Of a stretch of 64,000 bases of DNA, positions 28,333 to 39,096 are shown piece by piece. A program made the translations under genes and the position numbers. How positions within the stretch are numbered: the first letter of the stretch is position 1; each line of letters begins with the position of its first letter. The notes under the pieces were generated by a model that saw only the letters and a list, made by a program, of their open reading frames with translations, made no database searches and was not told where the DNA came from. Source of the stretch: an uncultured Ruficoccus sp. (GTDB lineage Bacteria; Verrucomicrobiota; Verrucomicrobiia; Opitutales; Cerasicoccaceae); assembly GCA_965140785.1 (NCBI GenBank), contig OZ223484.1, positions 64,001 through 128,000 on the forward strand. The letters are read 5' to 3'.

Positions 28333-29861
28333 TTTTCGGATACAACTTCTACGGTTATCTGGCCGATCAGATCGAGCAATTCCAGCCCCAGTTCGGCCAT
28401 GGAAGTTTCCTGGAGGGAGGAAGCCATCAGCGCCAGGCGCGTGGGGGCGCACTCAGACTCGCCCATGGCGGCGTCGAAGTCCACCCACTGCCCGCCGAGG
28501 AAAAACTGCGTCCACATGTGGTAGCCCATCACGTTCTCGAGGACTTCGCCCGAGGCGTCCTTCATCTGCGGCAGGTAAACCAGCCCGGCCACGCAGCGGG
28601 AGGGGATGCCCCAGGTCCGCCCGAGAGCGGCCAGTAGGACGGCGTGCTCACTGCAGTCGCCCTGCGGGTCGCGAGCAACCTCGCTGGCAGTGGCGAAGCC
28701 CACGCTGAGGTTTTTGTCCTCGATGTAACGGGAAACGAATACACGCAGTTGGTCGGCCTGGGCGACCTTGTCATTGGGCGCGGGCTGGGCAACGGCCTGT
28801 TGGCCCAGTTTCTGGATTTCCTCGTCGTGGGTGTCGAGGATGAGGTTCGGCTCCAGGTACTCGCCCCAGACAGTCATATCCAGCTTGGGCAACATACGCG
28901 GGATCTCCGCGTGGTCGGCCCGCGTGACCGTGACCAGAAACTGCCCCACCCCGGTCTTTTCAACTTTCTGGTAATCGCTCTCGGGCAGGGTCAGGTCCGG
29001 ATGGGCTCCGTCCACCGTCACCCGGTAAACCACCTCCTGCGCGTCGGCGGAGATGGCCTTGTTAAGGGTCAGCAGGTTGGTCTCAAAAATCTCCGCCGGG
29101 GTAAAGCCCTCCAGCGCTTCCTCCTGCTCGCAGGCGATCATTTCCATCGGCATGCCCATGACGTTGACCGTGGTCTTGAGCACGCGGTGATCCTCGTCCG
29201 TCCAGATAGCGGTCGGGAGGGTGGTCGCGCCGATCTGCATGTTCATTTCCGCCCGCCAGGCCGGGACCCGCTCCTTGCCGATAAGGGCCTCCTCCGGGCC
29301 GATGACGGTGTAGGTGACATCGACCGGAAAATCCGTCGTAATCGAGGGCATGTAGAGCGTCGCGGAAAAGGTCTGTCCCGCCTCCAGGGGCAGCGCCATG
29401 GTCTTGCGGGCGAGTCCCCAGCTCATGAGCGCGCCCTCGGGGTAAGGCAGCTCGCGCTGCTGGACACGCCCCTGCTGTTCCTGGAAAACCGTGATCTGAT
29501 CCCCGTCGATCTGGCCGCGCTGGATAATCGGCTGCCCCGTCATATTCATCTCCACAGTGAAGTTCAGCGGCTGGCCGTCCACCGTCTCAACGGTCTTCTC
29601 CAGGGTCTCGAAGGCCATGGCCACCGCCCCGCGGCGCACCTGCATGTAGGTCTTGGTCTCGGTGCGGATGGTGTCGCCGGCGCGGGTCAGGGTCAGGTGG
29701 GAGTAGCCGACCTTTTGCCCGAGCAGGTAAACCTCCATCCACTCCTCATCGAAAAGGCCCTGCGGCGGATCCTGGGGGTCGAAAGCCATCTCCGCGGAAA
29801 CGGCGGCGGGCATTAAGGTGAGCAGACAGAGGACAAAAAGGGCTTTCATAAACTCGGGCAT
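28329..29861 (-). CDS. Secreted transglutaminase-like domain protein
   Basis: Signal peptide; GDCSEHA, GYHMW and WVDFD give a Cys-His-Asp triad. Confidence 0.85.
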   Translation of the reverse strand: MPEFMKALFVLCLLTLMPAAVSAEMAFDPQDPPQGLFDEEWMEVYLLGQKVGYSHLTLTRAGDTIRTETKTYMQVRRGAVAMAFETLEKTVETVDGQPLNFTVEMNMTGQPIIQRGQIDGDQITVFQEQQGRVQQRELPYPEGALMSWGLARKTMALPLEAGQTFSATLYMPSITTDFPVDVTYTVIGPEEALIGKERVPAWRAEMNMQIGATTLPTAIWTDEDHRVLKTTVNVMGMPMEMIACEQEEALEGFTPAEIFETNLLTLNKAISADAQEVVYRVTVDGAHPDLTLPESDYQKVEKTGVGQFLVTVTRADHAEIPRMLPKLDMTVWGEYLEPNLILDTHDEEIQKLGQQAVAQPAPNDKVAQADQLRVFVSRYIEDKNLSVGFATASEVARDPQGDCSEHAVLLAALGRTWGIPSRCVAGLVYLPQMKDASGEVLENVMGYHMWTQFFLGGQWVDFDAAMGESECAPTRLALMASSLQETSMAELGLELLDLIGQITVEVVSEK

Positions 29862-30002
29862 TGTAAGGGCAGGCTTGCTGGATAGACTCAAAGGCAGTGT
29901 CTTCAGATTATCTCCGTAATCAGAAGGCACAGCCTAAGTGATCCCGCCTTCACTCCGCAATATTTTATCCCTCTGTCCACCGCTCAAACCAAGAAAGCTT
30001 CC

Positions 30003-31395
30003 ATGGCCGACCATTTTGACTTCATTGTAATCGGGGGCGGCAGCGCCGGTTATGCCGCCGCACGTACCGCCCGGGAGACCCGCGAACGCGTTGCCATCGT
30101 TGACGGTGGCGAAACGCTGGGCGGGCTCTGCATCCTGCGCGGGTGCATGCCCTCGAAAACCCTCATCTACTCCGCCGAGGTCCTGCACCTGGCCCGGCTG
30201 GCCGACCGCTTCGGCCTAAACATCCCCGTGGCCAAGGCCGACATGGGCCGCCTGCACGCGCGTAAACTGCGCACGATCGAGGAGTTCGCCGAGTACCGGC
30301 AGGAGCAGCTCGAGTCGGACCGCTTCAGCCTCTTCCGCAGCCGGGCGCGCTTCACCGGGGAGCGCGAGCTCACCCTGGACGACGGCACGGTGTTGAGCGC
30401 GGACCGCTTCCTCATCGCCACCGGCTCGGCCGTCTCCTGGCCGTCCATCCCCGGCCTGAAGGAGTCCGCCCCCTGGACCAGCGACGACGTACTCGAACTC
30501 GACCGGCTGCCGGAGTCGGTCATCGTGCTCGGCGGCGGAGTGGTCGCCTGCGAGCTGGCGCAGTTCCTCCACCGCATCGGCAGCCGCGTCACCCAGATTC
30601 AGCGCAGCCCGCATATTTTAAAAGAACAGTCCCCCGAGGCTGCCACCGTGATCGAGGAGGTCTTCCGGGGCGAGGGCATCGAGTTGCTCACCGACACGCA
30701 GCTCAAGCAGGTCGAGCGCACGGCCAAGGGCTTCCGCGTGACCTTCGAGCACGACGGCAAGGAAAAGGTCCGCGAGGCCGCCCACCTACTCAACGCCCTG
30801 GGCCGCCAGCCCGCCACGCAGGGGCTCGACCTGGAGAAGGCCGGGATCGACGTGCGCGACTCCGGCCACATCCGCACCAATGAATTTCAGCAGACCAGCA
30901 ACCCCGCCGTTTACGCCGCCGGGGATGTGGCCGGGCCGCATGAAATTGTCCACGTGGCCATCCTCCAAGGTGAGCTCGCCGCCCGCCACGCCACGGCCCG
31001 CCCGGCGCAGCCGGTGGATTACGACGCGCTCGTCTCCATTGTTTTCACCGACCCGCAGGTCAACCTACGCGGGCATCCCTGAAAAGGACCTGCAACAGCG
31101 CGGCATCGACTATGTGAGCGCGGACTATCCCTTCGACGACCACGGCAAGTCCATCCTCATGGAGGCCAAGCACGGCTATGTCAAAATCCACGCCGAGAAG
31201 GGCACCGGACGCGTGCTCGGGGCCGAGTGCGTGGGCAAGGACGGCTCCGAACTGATCCACAGCCTGGGCGTGGGCATCGCCCTGCGGGCCACCGCCGCCG
31301 ATTTGCTCAAAACTCACTGGTACCACCCCACCCTGTCCGAAATCTGGACTTACCCGCTGGAGGACGTGTTGGAGGCGTGTGAGAAAAGCGACTGA
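30003..31395 (+). CDS. Class I pyridine nucleotide-disulfide oxidoreductase (dihydrolipoyl-dehydrogenase-like); apparent +1 frameshift near 31062
   Basis: IGGGSAG, GGLCILRGCMPSK, YAAGD; C-terminal HPTLSE lies in the shifted frame. Confidence 0.85.
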
Positions 31396-31426
31396 CACCG
31401 CTCCCCCTCAAAAGGATACGTTAAAT

Positions 31427-31500
31427 CCACAGACGGCACAGATTTCCGCAGATGGGTTTTTATTCAGAAAGCTATCCCAGCTATCCGTGTCATCTGTGGC
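31427..31500. repeat. 9-bp periodic CACAGA palindromic repeat
   Basis: CCACAGACGG CACAGATTT CCGCAGAT ... ATCCGTGTC ATCTGTGGC. Confidence 0.7.
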
Positions 31501-31594
31501 GAAAAAGTGGTGACCGGTGAGAAGGAGACAACAAATCGCGCCCGCGCCCGGGATGTGGGTTGATTTTTCCATCCGCACCCGGTGAGATTACGCC

Positions 31595-33391
31595 GTGGTT
31601 CTGACGCTACGAAAGATCTGCCTCGCCTACGGCGGGGCTCCCCTGCTCGATGAGGCCGCGCTCGTCCTCGACGCCGGCGAACGCGCCTGCATCGTCGGGC
31701 GCAACGGCACCGGCAAGTCCACCCTGATGGGCATTGTCGCCGGGCGCGTGCAGCCCGACAGCGGCGAGGTCCTCCTGTCCACCGGGACGCGGGTCGCCTT
31801 CCTGCCGCAGGAGATTCCGGACGGGCTCCACGGCACGATCCGCGAGATCGTAGCCGGGCCCCTCCACGACCGCCACCTGCCCGAGTGGGAAATCGCCCAT
31901 CAGGTCGAGCGCACGCTGGAGCGCATGGAGCTGCCCGCCGACCCGGCCTTTGAGAGCCTCTCGGCCGGGATGCGCCGCCGCGTCCTGCTCGCCCGCGAGC
32001 TGGCCCGCGAGCCCGAGCTGCTCCTGCTCGACGAGCCGACCAACCACCTCGACATCGAGGCGATCACCTGGCTGGAGAATTTCCTCAAAAGCTACCGGGG
32101 GGCGGTGCTTTTCGTCACGCACGACCGCGCTTTTGTCCAAGGGGTCGCGACACGTATCCTCGACCTCGACCGCGGCACCCTGACCAGTTGGGACTGCGAC
32201 TACCGGACCTACCTCCAGCGCAAAGAGGAGTGGCTCGCCGCCGAGGAGCAGAACCGCGCCGCGTTCGACAAAAAACTCGCCCAGGAGGAAGTCTGGATCC
32301 GCCAGGGCATCCAAGCCCGCCGCACCCGCAACGAAGGCCGCGTGCGCGCCCTCAAGCGCATGCGCGAGGAGCACCGCGCCCGCCGCGAGCGCAGCGGCTC
32401 GGCGCGGTTGCAGTTCGAGCAGGCCGGGGCCACCGGGGTCAAGGTGATCGAGGCCAAGGACGTGAGCTTCGCCTACGAGGGCCGGCCCATTATCCGGGAC
32501 TTCAGCGACGTCATTCTGCGCGGCGACAAGATCGGGATCGTCGGCCCCAACGGCGCGGGTAAGTCCACCCTGCTCAAAGTCCTGCTGAGCAAGCTCGCCC
32601 CCACCTTCGGCACCGTCCGGCATGGCACCGGGCTCCAGGTGGCCTACTTTGACCAGACGCGGGAGGCGCTGGTGGAGACCGAGACCGTGCAGGAGGCCGT
32701 GGCCCAGGGGAACGACTTCGTCCATATCAACGGGGCGCGTCGCCACGCCCTCAGCTACTTGCAGGATTTTCTTTTCCCGCCCGACCGGGCCCGCAGCCCG
32801 GTCTCGATGCTTTCCGGCGGCGAGCGCAACCGCCTGCTGCTGGCACGGCTGTTTACCCAGCCTTTCAATCTGCTCGTGATGGACGAGCCGACCAACGACC
32901 TCGACCTGGAAACCCTTGAATTACTCGAAAACCTGCTGGTCGAGTTCAAGGGCACGCTGCTGCTGGTCAGCCACGACCGGGCCTTTCTCGATAATGTCGC
33001 GACGGACCTCTACGTGCTCGAAGGCGACGGGCGCGTCCAGCCCTACGTCGGCGGCTATCAGGACTTTTTACAGCAAAAGGCGGCCACCGCCCGCGCCGAA
33101 TCCGCCCGTCAGGCGGCAGCCAAGCCCAAGACCGGCGGCAAGCCCGACAAGCCCCGCAAGTTCCTCAACCGCGAGCGTTGGGAGCTGGAGGCCATTCCCG
33201 CCGAGATTGAAAAACTCGAAACCGAGTCCGCCACCCTTTCCGAACGCCTGTCCGACCCGCAGACCTACGTCAGCGCCGCCGACGAAATCCCGGCCCTCAA
33301 GGAACGCCTCCAAGCCATTGAAACCGAGACGGCGGCCAAATTCGCCCGCTGGGAGGAACTCGAAGCCCTCCGCGAAGAGCTGGAAGGCTAG
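31595..33391 (+). CDS. uup: ABC-F family ATPase Uup
   Basis: Two ABC domains (GRNGTGKS, GPNGAGKS, LSGGE, DEPTN), EEVWIRQGIQARRTRNEGRVRAL linker, C-terminal RWEELE. Confidence 0.92.
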   Translation: MVLTLRKICLAYGGAPLLDEAALVLDAGERACIVGRNGTGKSTLMGIVAGRVQPDSGEVLLSTGTRVAFLPQEIPDGLHGTIREIVAGPLHDRHLPEWEIAHQVERTLERMELPADPAFESLSAGMRRRVLLARELAREPELLLLDEPTNHLDIEAITWLENFLKSYRGAVLFVTHDRAFVQGVATRILDLDRGTLTSWDCDYRTYLQRKEEWLAAEEQNRAAFDKKLAQEEVWIRQGIQARRTRNEGRVRALKRMREEHRARRERSGSARLQFEQAGATGVKVIEAKDVSFAYEGRPIIRDFSDVILRGDKIGIVGPNGAGKSTLLKVLLSKLAPTFGTVRHGTGLQVAYFDQTREALVETETVQEAVAQGNDFVHINGARRHALSYLQDFLFPPDRARSPVSMLSGGERNRLLLARLFTQPFNLLVMDEPTNDLDLETLELLENLLVEFKGTLLLVSHDRAFLDNVATDLYVLEGDGRVQPYVGGYQDFLQQKAATARAESARQAAAKPKTGGKPDKPRKFLNRERWELEAIPAEIEKLETESATLSERLSDPQTYVSAADEIPALKERLQAIETETAAKFARWEELEALREELEG

Positions 33392-33662
33392 AGCACTTTC
33401 GCTTTAATCTGTCGCACTCGGCTGAGCTGATTTTAAGTTCTGGCAAGGCTCTTTCAAGGGACTTGGGCTGGAAGCCCTGACCCCTTGAAAGGAACGCCGC
33501 CAGGTTTAAAATCAGCCAGTCCATTCGGATGGGGTCTGTCTTGCGGCTCGCGGCGTTGGCTGGGGGACTTACGGGCTTCCAGCCCGCTACGCCCCCAACC
33601 GCCTGGCGAGCCTTCAAGACATTTCCCCACTGAGTGCGACGGATTAAAGCGAAAGTGCTCTA
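33389..33662. mobile_element. MITE-like element, 274 bp, with 31-bp terminal inverted repeats
   Basis: TAGAGCACTTTCGCTTTAATCTGTCGCACTC (33389-33419) matches the reverse complement of 33632-33662 at 30/31; TA at both ends; no convincing ORF. Confidence 0.8.
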
Positions 33663-33690
33663 AGCAAACGCTCGGCGTTTGATCCGACTG

Positions 33691-33730
33691 AGGGGCTTCG
33701 CCCCTAGGCCGCCAGAAAGGCGGCTACCCC
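33691..33730. repeat. REP-like double hairpin, copy 1
   Basis: GGGGCTTCGCCCC...GCCGCCAGAAAGGCGGCTACCCC; second copy at 44152-44192. Confidence 0.75.
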
Positions 33731-33822
33731 AAAGGCCCCTATCCCAGTGTCGATAGCGAAGACTCGCTCAACTCCAGCCCAAACTGACGGGCCGGAGAGA
33801 GCACGATCTTTAAGAATGGTAA

Positions 33823-34557
33823 CTACGCCTTGGCGAGGGCGACGCGGAGGGCTTCGTCCACGGTGAACTTCTTTTCGTAGAGGGCCTTGCCGACGATGAC
33901 GCCGTCGAGGTTGGCGTGTTTCTGGGCCATTTCCGAGTACACCACGAGGTCGTGCAGGTCGCTGACCCCGCCGGAGGCGATGACCTGGATGGGCACGGAG
34001 CGGAGCATCTCTTCCTGCCCTTCGAAATTCGGGCCAACCATCATGCCGTCGGTGCTGATATCAGTGTAAATGATCCGCTGCACGCCGGCCTCGGCCAATT
34101 TCTGCGCGAAGCTGATGGCGGGCATGTCGGTGACCTCGACCCAGCCGCGCACGGCCACCTTGCCCTCGCGGGCGTCGATGCCGATGGCGAGATTTTCGGG
34201 CCAGCGCTTGAGCAGCTCCTCGACGAAAGCGATGTCCTTGCAGGCGCGAGTGCCGACGACGATGCGGCTCACCCCGGCCTCCAGCAGGGTCGAGGCGTCG
34301 TTCAGCTCGCGGATGCCGCCGCCGAACTCGACCTTGAGCCCGAGGGCGGCGATGTCCTTGACCACGTTGAGGTTAGCCGGTTTGCCGTCAAAGGCTCCGT
34401 CGAGGTCCACAACGTGGACCCACTCGGCGCCGGCAGCCTTGAACATGCGGGCCGGTTCCAGCGGATCGTTAAAATACTCGGTTTCTTGGTCGGCCAGGCC
34501 CTGCGTCAGTCGCACGCAGGAGCCGTGTTTGATGTCGATTGCGGGATAAATCCTCAT
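33823..34557 (-). CDS. hisA: ProFAR isomerase (histidine biosynthesis)
   Basis: IYPAID, HVVDLDGA, GGGIR, YTDISTDG, ASGGV, GKALY. Confidence 0.97.
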   Translation of the reverse strand: MRIYPAIDIKHGSCVRLTQGLADQETEYFNDPLEPARMFKAAGAEWVHVVDLDGAFDGKPANLNVVKDIAALGLKVEFGGGIRELNDASTLLEAGVSRIVVGTRACKDIAFVEELLKRWPENLAIGIDAREGKVAVRGWVEVTDMPAISFAQKLAEAGVQRIIYTDISTDGMMVGPNFEGQEEMLRSVPIQVIASGGVSDLHDLVVYSEMAQKHANLDGVIVGKALYEKKFTVDEALRVALAKA

Positions 34558-34658
34558 AGTGTTCCGGGGTAGAGAGATACAGGTATAAGGGGGCGTCGCG
34601 TCTTGCCCATCAAAAAAACATTTTGCGAAGAACGGGTTTTCTGACATTTTACCCTTCT

Positions 34659-35732
34659 ATGGCCAAAAAACAAACCACCGTCCCATCTTTTCTCCAAGCC
34701 CTGCTCGACGCCCGCTCCCCCACCGGAGCCGAAAACGAGGCGCAAGCCGTCCTCGACAAGTACCTCAAGCCCGCCGCCGACAAGTACGAAAAAGACCGCA
34801 TGGGCAACCGCCTGGCCACGCTCAACCCCAAGGGCAATCCGACCCTCATGCTGGCCGGACACATGGACGAACTCGGCCTCATCATCCGCTATATCGACGA
34901 CAAGGGGTTTGTTTACTTTGACGTGCTCGGTGGGCACGACCGCATCATGATCCCCGGTCGCCGGGTGGTTGTGCTCAGCAAAAAAGGCGACGTGACCGGT
35001 GTCACCGGGAAGCGTGCCATCCACCTGATGGACCCCGAGGACCGCAAGAAAGTCCCACAAATCCACGACATGTGGATCGACATCGGCGCCAAGAGCCGGG
35101 ACGAGGCCATGGAACGGGTCTCCATCGGCGACCCGGTGGTTTACCAGCACGGCTTCGAGCTGATCCATGGCACCGTCGGTGCCTCCCGCGCCTTTGACAA
35201 CAAGAGCGGCTGCTACGTGGTCAGCGAAACCCTGCGCCGCCTGTCCGAGACGAAGAAAAAGCTCACCGCCAAGGTCGTCAGCGTGGCCACCACGCAGGAG
35301 GAGATCGGCACCCGCGGGGCCGTCACCTCCAGCTACGCGGTCAAGCCGGACTTCGGCATCGCCGTGGACGTGGGCCACGCCACCGACCACCCCGACTGCG
35401 ACCCGAAAAAGTACGGCAAGCAGACACTCGGGGGTGGACCGATCATCGGACGCGGGCCGAACATCAACCCCTTTGTCTTCGAACGGCTGGTCGAGTGCGC
35501 CGAAAAGGGCAAGATCCCCTACCAGATCGAGTGCGAACCGCGCCCGACCGGCACCGACGCGCGCGCCATCCAGATGGCCGGCGAGGGCGTGGCCGCCGCC
35601 GTGGTCTCGATCCCGCTGCGCTACATGCACACGCCCAGCGAGGTAGTGGACCTGGCCGATGTGGAGAACACGGTCAAGCTCATCACCGCCTTTGCCCTGA
35701 GCCTGAAGAAAAGCGAACGCGGCATCTGGTAA
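34659..35732 (+). CDS. M42 family metallo-aminopeptidase
   Basis: GHMDE, AFDNK, QEEIG, AVDV, GTDA, RYMHTPSE. Confidence 0.93.
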   Translation: MAKKQTTVPSFLQALLDARSPTGAENEAQAVLDKYLKPAADKYEKDRMGNRLATLNPKGNPTLMLAGHMDELGLIIRYIDDKGFVYFDVLGGHDRIMIPGRRVVVLSKKGDVTGVTGKRAIHLMDPEDRKKVPQIHDMWIDIGAKSRDEAMERVSIGDPVVYQHGFELIHGTVGASRAFDNKSGCYVVSETLRRLSETKKKLTAKVVSVATTQEEIGTRGAVTSSYAVKPDFGIAVDVGHATDHPDCDPKKYGKQTLGGGPIIGRGPNINPFVFERLVECAEKGKIPYQIECEPRPTGTDARAIQMAGEGVAAAVVSIPLRYMHTPSEVVDLADVENTVKLITAFALSLKKSERGIW

Positions 35733-35779
35733 GGCCCTTCGGAGTTGCCTTTTCGGCAAGATTCGTTATAAATCCAATT

Positions 35780-36691
35780 ATGTTTTCTACTCCCAAAACA
35801 TGGGGAGCGCAGCTTCTTTTTGCGCTGGTGCCGCTGGCCTCGTCGGCGATTCAGATCAACAATTTCACGGAACTCGTGAATGACCGTTTCGCGGACAGTG
35901 ACAACTTCATCGCGAACGCCTACGATCTCTCCGGGATCGGACGCAGCGCCGACAAAAGTCAGGGCCGTTGGGGCACATTGGTCAGCAGCAATGTTTTTAT
36001 CAGCGCCAACCACTTCCATCCCGACGCCGGTAACAGCATGACCTTTTACGCCACCAACGACCCCAACGGCGCCTCGGCGACGCGCACCGTCCAGAGCGGC
36101 CAGCGCATCGGTGACAGCGATGTCTGGGTGGGCATCCTGAGTGATCCGGTTCCCAGCGGTTACGCCACCTATACGTTTGCCTCCGACCCTATTTCGAGCT
36201 CTCTGGACTTCCTCTTGTCGGACTACAATGACGCGGATGCCTACCTGTTCGGACGCTCACCCACAGCCTATGCCACCGAGTTGCTAAACGTCGCCGTCGG
36301 GCGCAACCGTATCAGCGACTGGGTGCCGAATGTGACGGTGGGCAGCACGACTGACAATGCGCTGCTGGCCCGCAAAGACGAGTCAGGCGACAGTGGTTAC
36401 GTCCCTTATGAATCCTACCTGCAGGGTGGCGACTCAGGGGGACCGCTTTTCGTCGATACCGGCTCGGAATTCGTATTCGTGAGCTCCAACTGGTTCATAG
36501 CCACGCTGGACGAACCCTCGGCTGGGCTGGTAGGCGACTACAATGGCTTCACCTATCTGGGTAATTACGCCGATGATATCCAGGCCATTATCGATGCCAA
36601 CCCCGTCCCCGAAGCCCGGCACTACGCGCTGGCAGTCGGGTTGGTGCTTGGCGGTCTGCTCACGTTGAGAAACCGCCGATTGAAGTGCTGA
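35780..36691 (+). CDS. PEP-CTERM-sorted trypsin-like (S1) serine protease
   Basis: Signal peptide, SANHF, SD, GGDSGGP; C-terminal VPEA plus TM helix plus RNRR. Confidence 0.8.
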   Translation: MFSTPKTWGAQLLFALVPLASSAIQINNFTELVNDRFADSDNFIANAYDLSGIGRSADKSQGRWGTLVSSNVFISANHFHPDAGNSMTFYATNDPNGASATRTVQSGQRIGDSDVWVGILSDPVPSGYATYTFASDPISSSLDFLLSDYNDADAYLFGRSPTAYATELLNVAVGRNRISDWVPNVTVGSTTDNALLARKDESGDSGYVPYESYLQGGDSGGPLFVDTGSEFVFVSSNWFIATLDEPSAGLVGDYNGFTYLGNYADDIQAIIDANPVPEARHYALAVGLVLGGLLTLRNRRLKC

Positions 36692-36712
36692 TCAGAGTCC
36701 TTTCGCTTGTGC

Positions 36713-37594
36713 TCAGCTTTCGCCCAGGCCGGTGACCTGGAGAATCTCATGCCGGTAGGGGGCCAGGTTGACCGAGAGGGTGAGGTTGCCAAAAATCGCC
36801 GAGCCGACGATGAGTCCCCCCGTTTCCGGTTTTTTTACCTCCGGCTGACCGGGTAGCAAACGGCCCACCGTCACGATCACGCCGGTCAGTTGCCAGCCCT
36901 CCTCTGTCTCCACAAAAACCGCCCCGCCCGTATCGCGGGAAACCGCCTGAGCTTCAAAGGGCGTCCGCTGAACAGGATTGGCCGAAAAGTTCGTAACCAG
37001 CAGCGCTCCTATCCGCTCGTTCTCGCTCAGGCTCGAGATGCGGTTCGTCCCCCAGCTCGTGACATCGCCCCCTTTGAGCAGCAGGCCGGCGGCATTGCCC
37101 AGCTCGCTGCTCTCCACCGGTGTCCACGTCCATGGCCGGGTCGAGCGATCGACCTGCCAATAGCTGAGTTGCTCCCGGCACGTCCCGCCGGTCCCAATCA
37201 TGACGACCGGGGTACCAATCTTCGGCGTGGACGAGGCGATCTTCAGCGGCGGAAAATCCGGCCACAGCCCCTCCTTGAGGCGAAAGAGTTTAAGCTCGGC
37301 CTGTTTGAACGGATGGACCGTCTCGACCGCCTCTTCCTGCCCGCGCCGTTGCCCCTCCAGGACGACCCATTTCGGGTCGATATGCCGGGCGGTCAAGACC
37401 CAGCCATTGCCCAGGTAGATGCCCGTACCCCCGCGAACCTGCATCATCCGGCCAAACCCCGGATCGCTCGGTTGACCATCCTGCCCGGTCGGGGCCGTCG
37501 TGTTACCGCCGGGATTGCCGATGTTGACCAACGCCTGCGCCGAGCACACCGCTACCAGAAGCAAAAGTGAAAGAACCCATTCACGCCGAACCAT
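36713..37594 (-). CDS. Secreted trypsin-like protease homologue with an altered catalytic triad
   Basis: GIYLGNGWVLTARH, AELKLFRL, SRDTGGAVF. Confidence 0.75.
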   Translation of the reverse strand: MVRREWVLSLLLLVAVCSAQALVNIGNPGGNTTAPTGQDGQPSDPGFGRMMQVRGGTGIYLGNGWVLTARHIDPKWVVLEGQRRGQEEAVETVHPFKQAELKLFRLKEGLWPDFPPLKIASSTPKIGTPVVMIGTGGTCREQLSYWQVDRSTRPWTWTPVESSELGNAAGLLLKGGDVTSWGTNRISSLSENERIGALLVTNFSANPVQRTPFEAQAVSRDTGGAVFVETEEGWQLTGVIVTVGRLLPGQPEVKKPETGGLIVGSAIFGNLTLSVNLAPYRHEILQVTGLGES

Positions 37595-37696
37595 TGTCGC
37601 CTGTATAAGCAAGCGTCTGGCTGCGGCAAACCATTAGTTATGGTTTCCGAAACAATAAGCGCGGGAAATTTATTCCCGCCCCTTTGCATACACAGC

Positions 37697-39007
37697 CTAA
37701 GCCGCCGGCTCGTCGGCGTCGGATTCGGATTCAGCCTCCTGGCCGCGCCGCTTGACCTGGGGCTTGCGGGTGCCGCGGACGACCGGAGCGCTGATGATGA
37801 CCTCCTCGATCGTGTCGTCCTGCGGGATGTCGTACATGATCTCGAGCATGATCTGCTCCATGATCGCACGCAGGGCGCGGGCACCGGTTTTGAGCTCGAG
37901 CGCCTTCTTGGCGATGGCGCCGATGGCGTCCTTGGTAAAGCGCAGGCGGACATTCTCCATCGAAAAGAGCTTGGAGAACTGCTTCACGAGCGAGTTGCGC
38001 GTGTTCTGCAAAATGTGCTCCAGATCGCCCTGCGTCAACTCGTCGAGCACGGAGACAACCGGCAGACGGCCGATGAACTCCGGGATCATGCCGTAGCGCA
38101 CGAGGTCCTCGGGCTGAACTAGGCGCATCAGCTCATCGCGTTTCTCCACCCGTTCGGTCTCGGCCGCCGGATCGAAGCCGAGCACTTTCTTGCCCGCGCG
38201 GTCGGAAATCAGTTTCTCCAGGCCGACAAAGGCCCCGCCACAGATGAACAGGACGTTGGAGGTGTTGAGCTGGATGTACTCCTGGTTCGGGTGCTTGCGC
38301 CCGCCCTGCGGCGGTACGTTGCAAACGGTCCCCTCTAAAATTTTCAACAGTGCCTGCTGGACACCCTCGCCGGAAACATCCCGGGTGATGGAGACGTTGT
38401 CCGTCTTGCGGCCGATCTTGTCGATCTCGTCGACGTAAATGATGCCGCACTCGGCCTTGCGCACATCGAAGTTGGCCGACTGAAGCAGGCGCAGGACGAT
38501 ATTTTCCACGTCTTCGCCCACGTAACCGGCCTCGGTCAGCGTGGTGGCGTCGGCGATGGCGAAGGGCACGTCGAGCAGCTTGGCCAGGGTCCGGGCGAGC
38601 AGGGTCTTGCCGCTGCCGGTCGGGCCGATGAGCAGGATGTTGCTCTTCTCGATCTCGACATCGTCGAACTCGGAACCCGACGGGACCTCCGACTTGCCCA
38701 TGATGGACTGGAGGCGCTTGTAGTGGTTATAAACGGCGACCGAGAGCACCTTCTTGGCATGTTCCTGGCCGATGATGAAATCGTCCAGGTGCGACTTGAT
38801 GTCGATCGGCTTGACCAAGTTGAACTGCTGATCGTTGGCCTCGGGCTGGGCGCCGCCTTCCTTCAGTTCGCGGTCGATGATGGTCTTGCAGACCGTTACG
38901 CACGAGTCGCAAATGTACACCCCCGCCGGGCCCGCAATCATCTTGCGGACTTCGTTCTGCGATTTGCCGCAGAAGGAGCAGAAGGTCATTTTGGTGGATT
39001 TGGCCAT
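37697..39007 (-). CDS. clpX: ATP-dependent Clp protease ATP-binding subunit
   Basis: CSFCGK zinc finger, [25 protein letters not shown]. Confidence 0.99.
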   Translation of the reverse strand: MAKSTKMTFCSFCGKSQNEVRKMIAGPAGVYICDSCVTVCKTIIDRELKEGGAQPEANDQQFNLVKPIDIKSHLDDFIIGQEHAKKVLSVAVYNHYKRLQSIMGKSEVPSGSEFDDVEIEKSNILLIGPTGSGKTLLARTLAKLLDVPFAIADATTLTEAGYVGEDVENIVLRLLQSANFDVRKAECGIIYVDEIDKIGRKTDNVSITRDVSGEGVQQALLKILEGTVCNVPPQGGRKHPNQEYIQLNTSNVLFICGGAFVGLEKLISDRAGKKVLGFDPAAETERVEKRDELMRLVQPEDLVRYGMIPEFIGRLPVVSVLDELTQGDLEHILQNTRNSLVKQFSKLFSMENVRLRFTKDAIGAIAKKALELKTGARALRAIMEQIMLEIMYDIPQDDTIEEVIISAPVVRGTRKPQVKRRGQEAESESDADEPAA

Positions 39008-39096
39008 GGCAAAAGAGGTCTGCCTAAACAGACGAAAGGGCGATGTTCAGGAAAATTTCGCGGTGGTGCAACCGCAATAATGAGCCGCCCGGAGGC

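Noticed and set aside
30003..31395. Mercuric reductase MerA
   Set aside because: No C-terminal Cys-Cys pair and no mer genes; the HPTLSE motif fits lipoamide-dehydrogenase-like enzymes.
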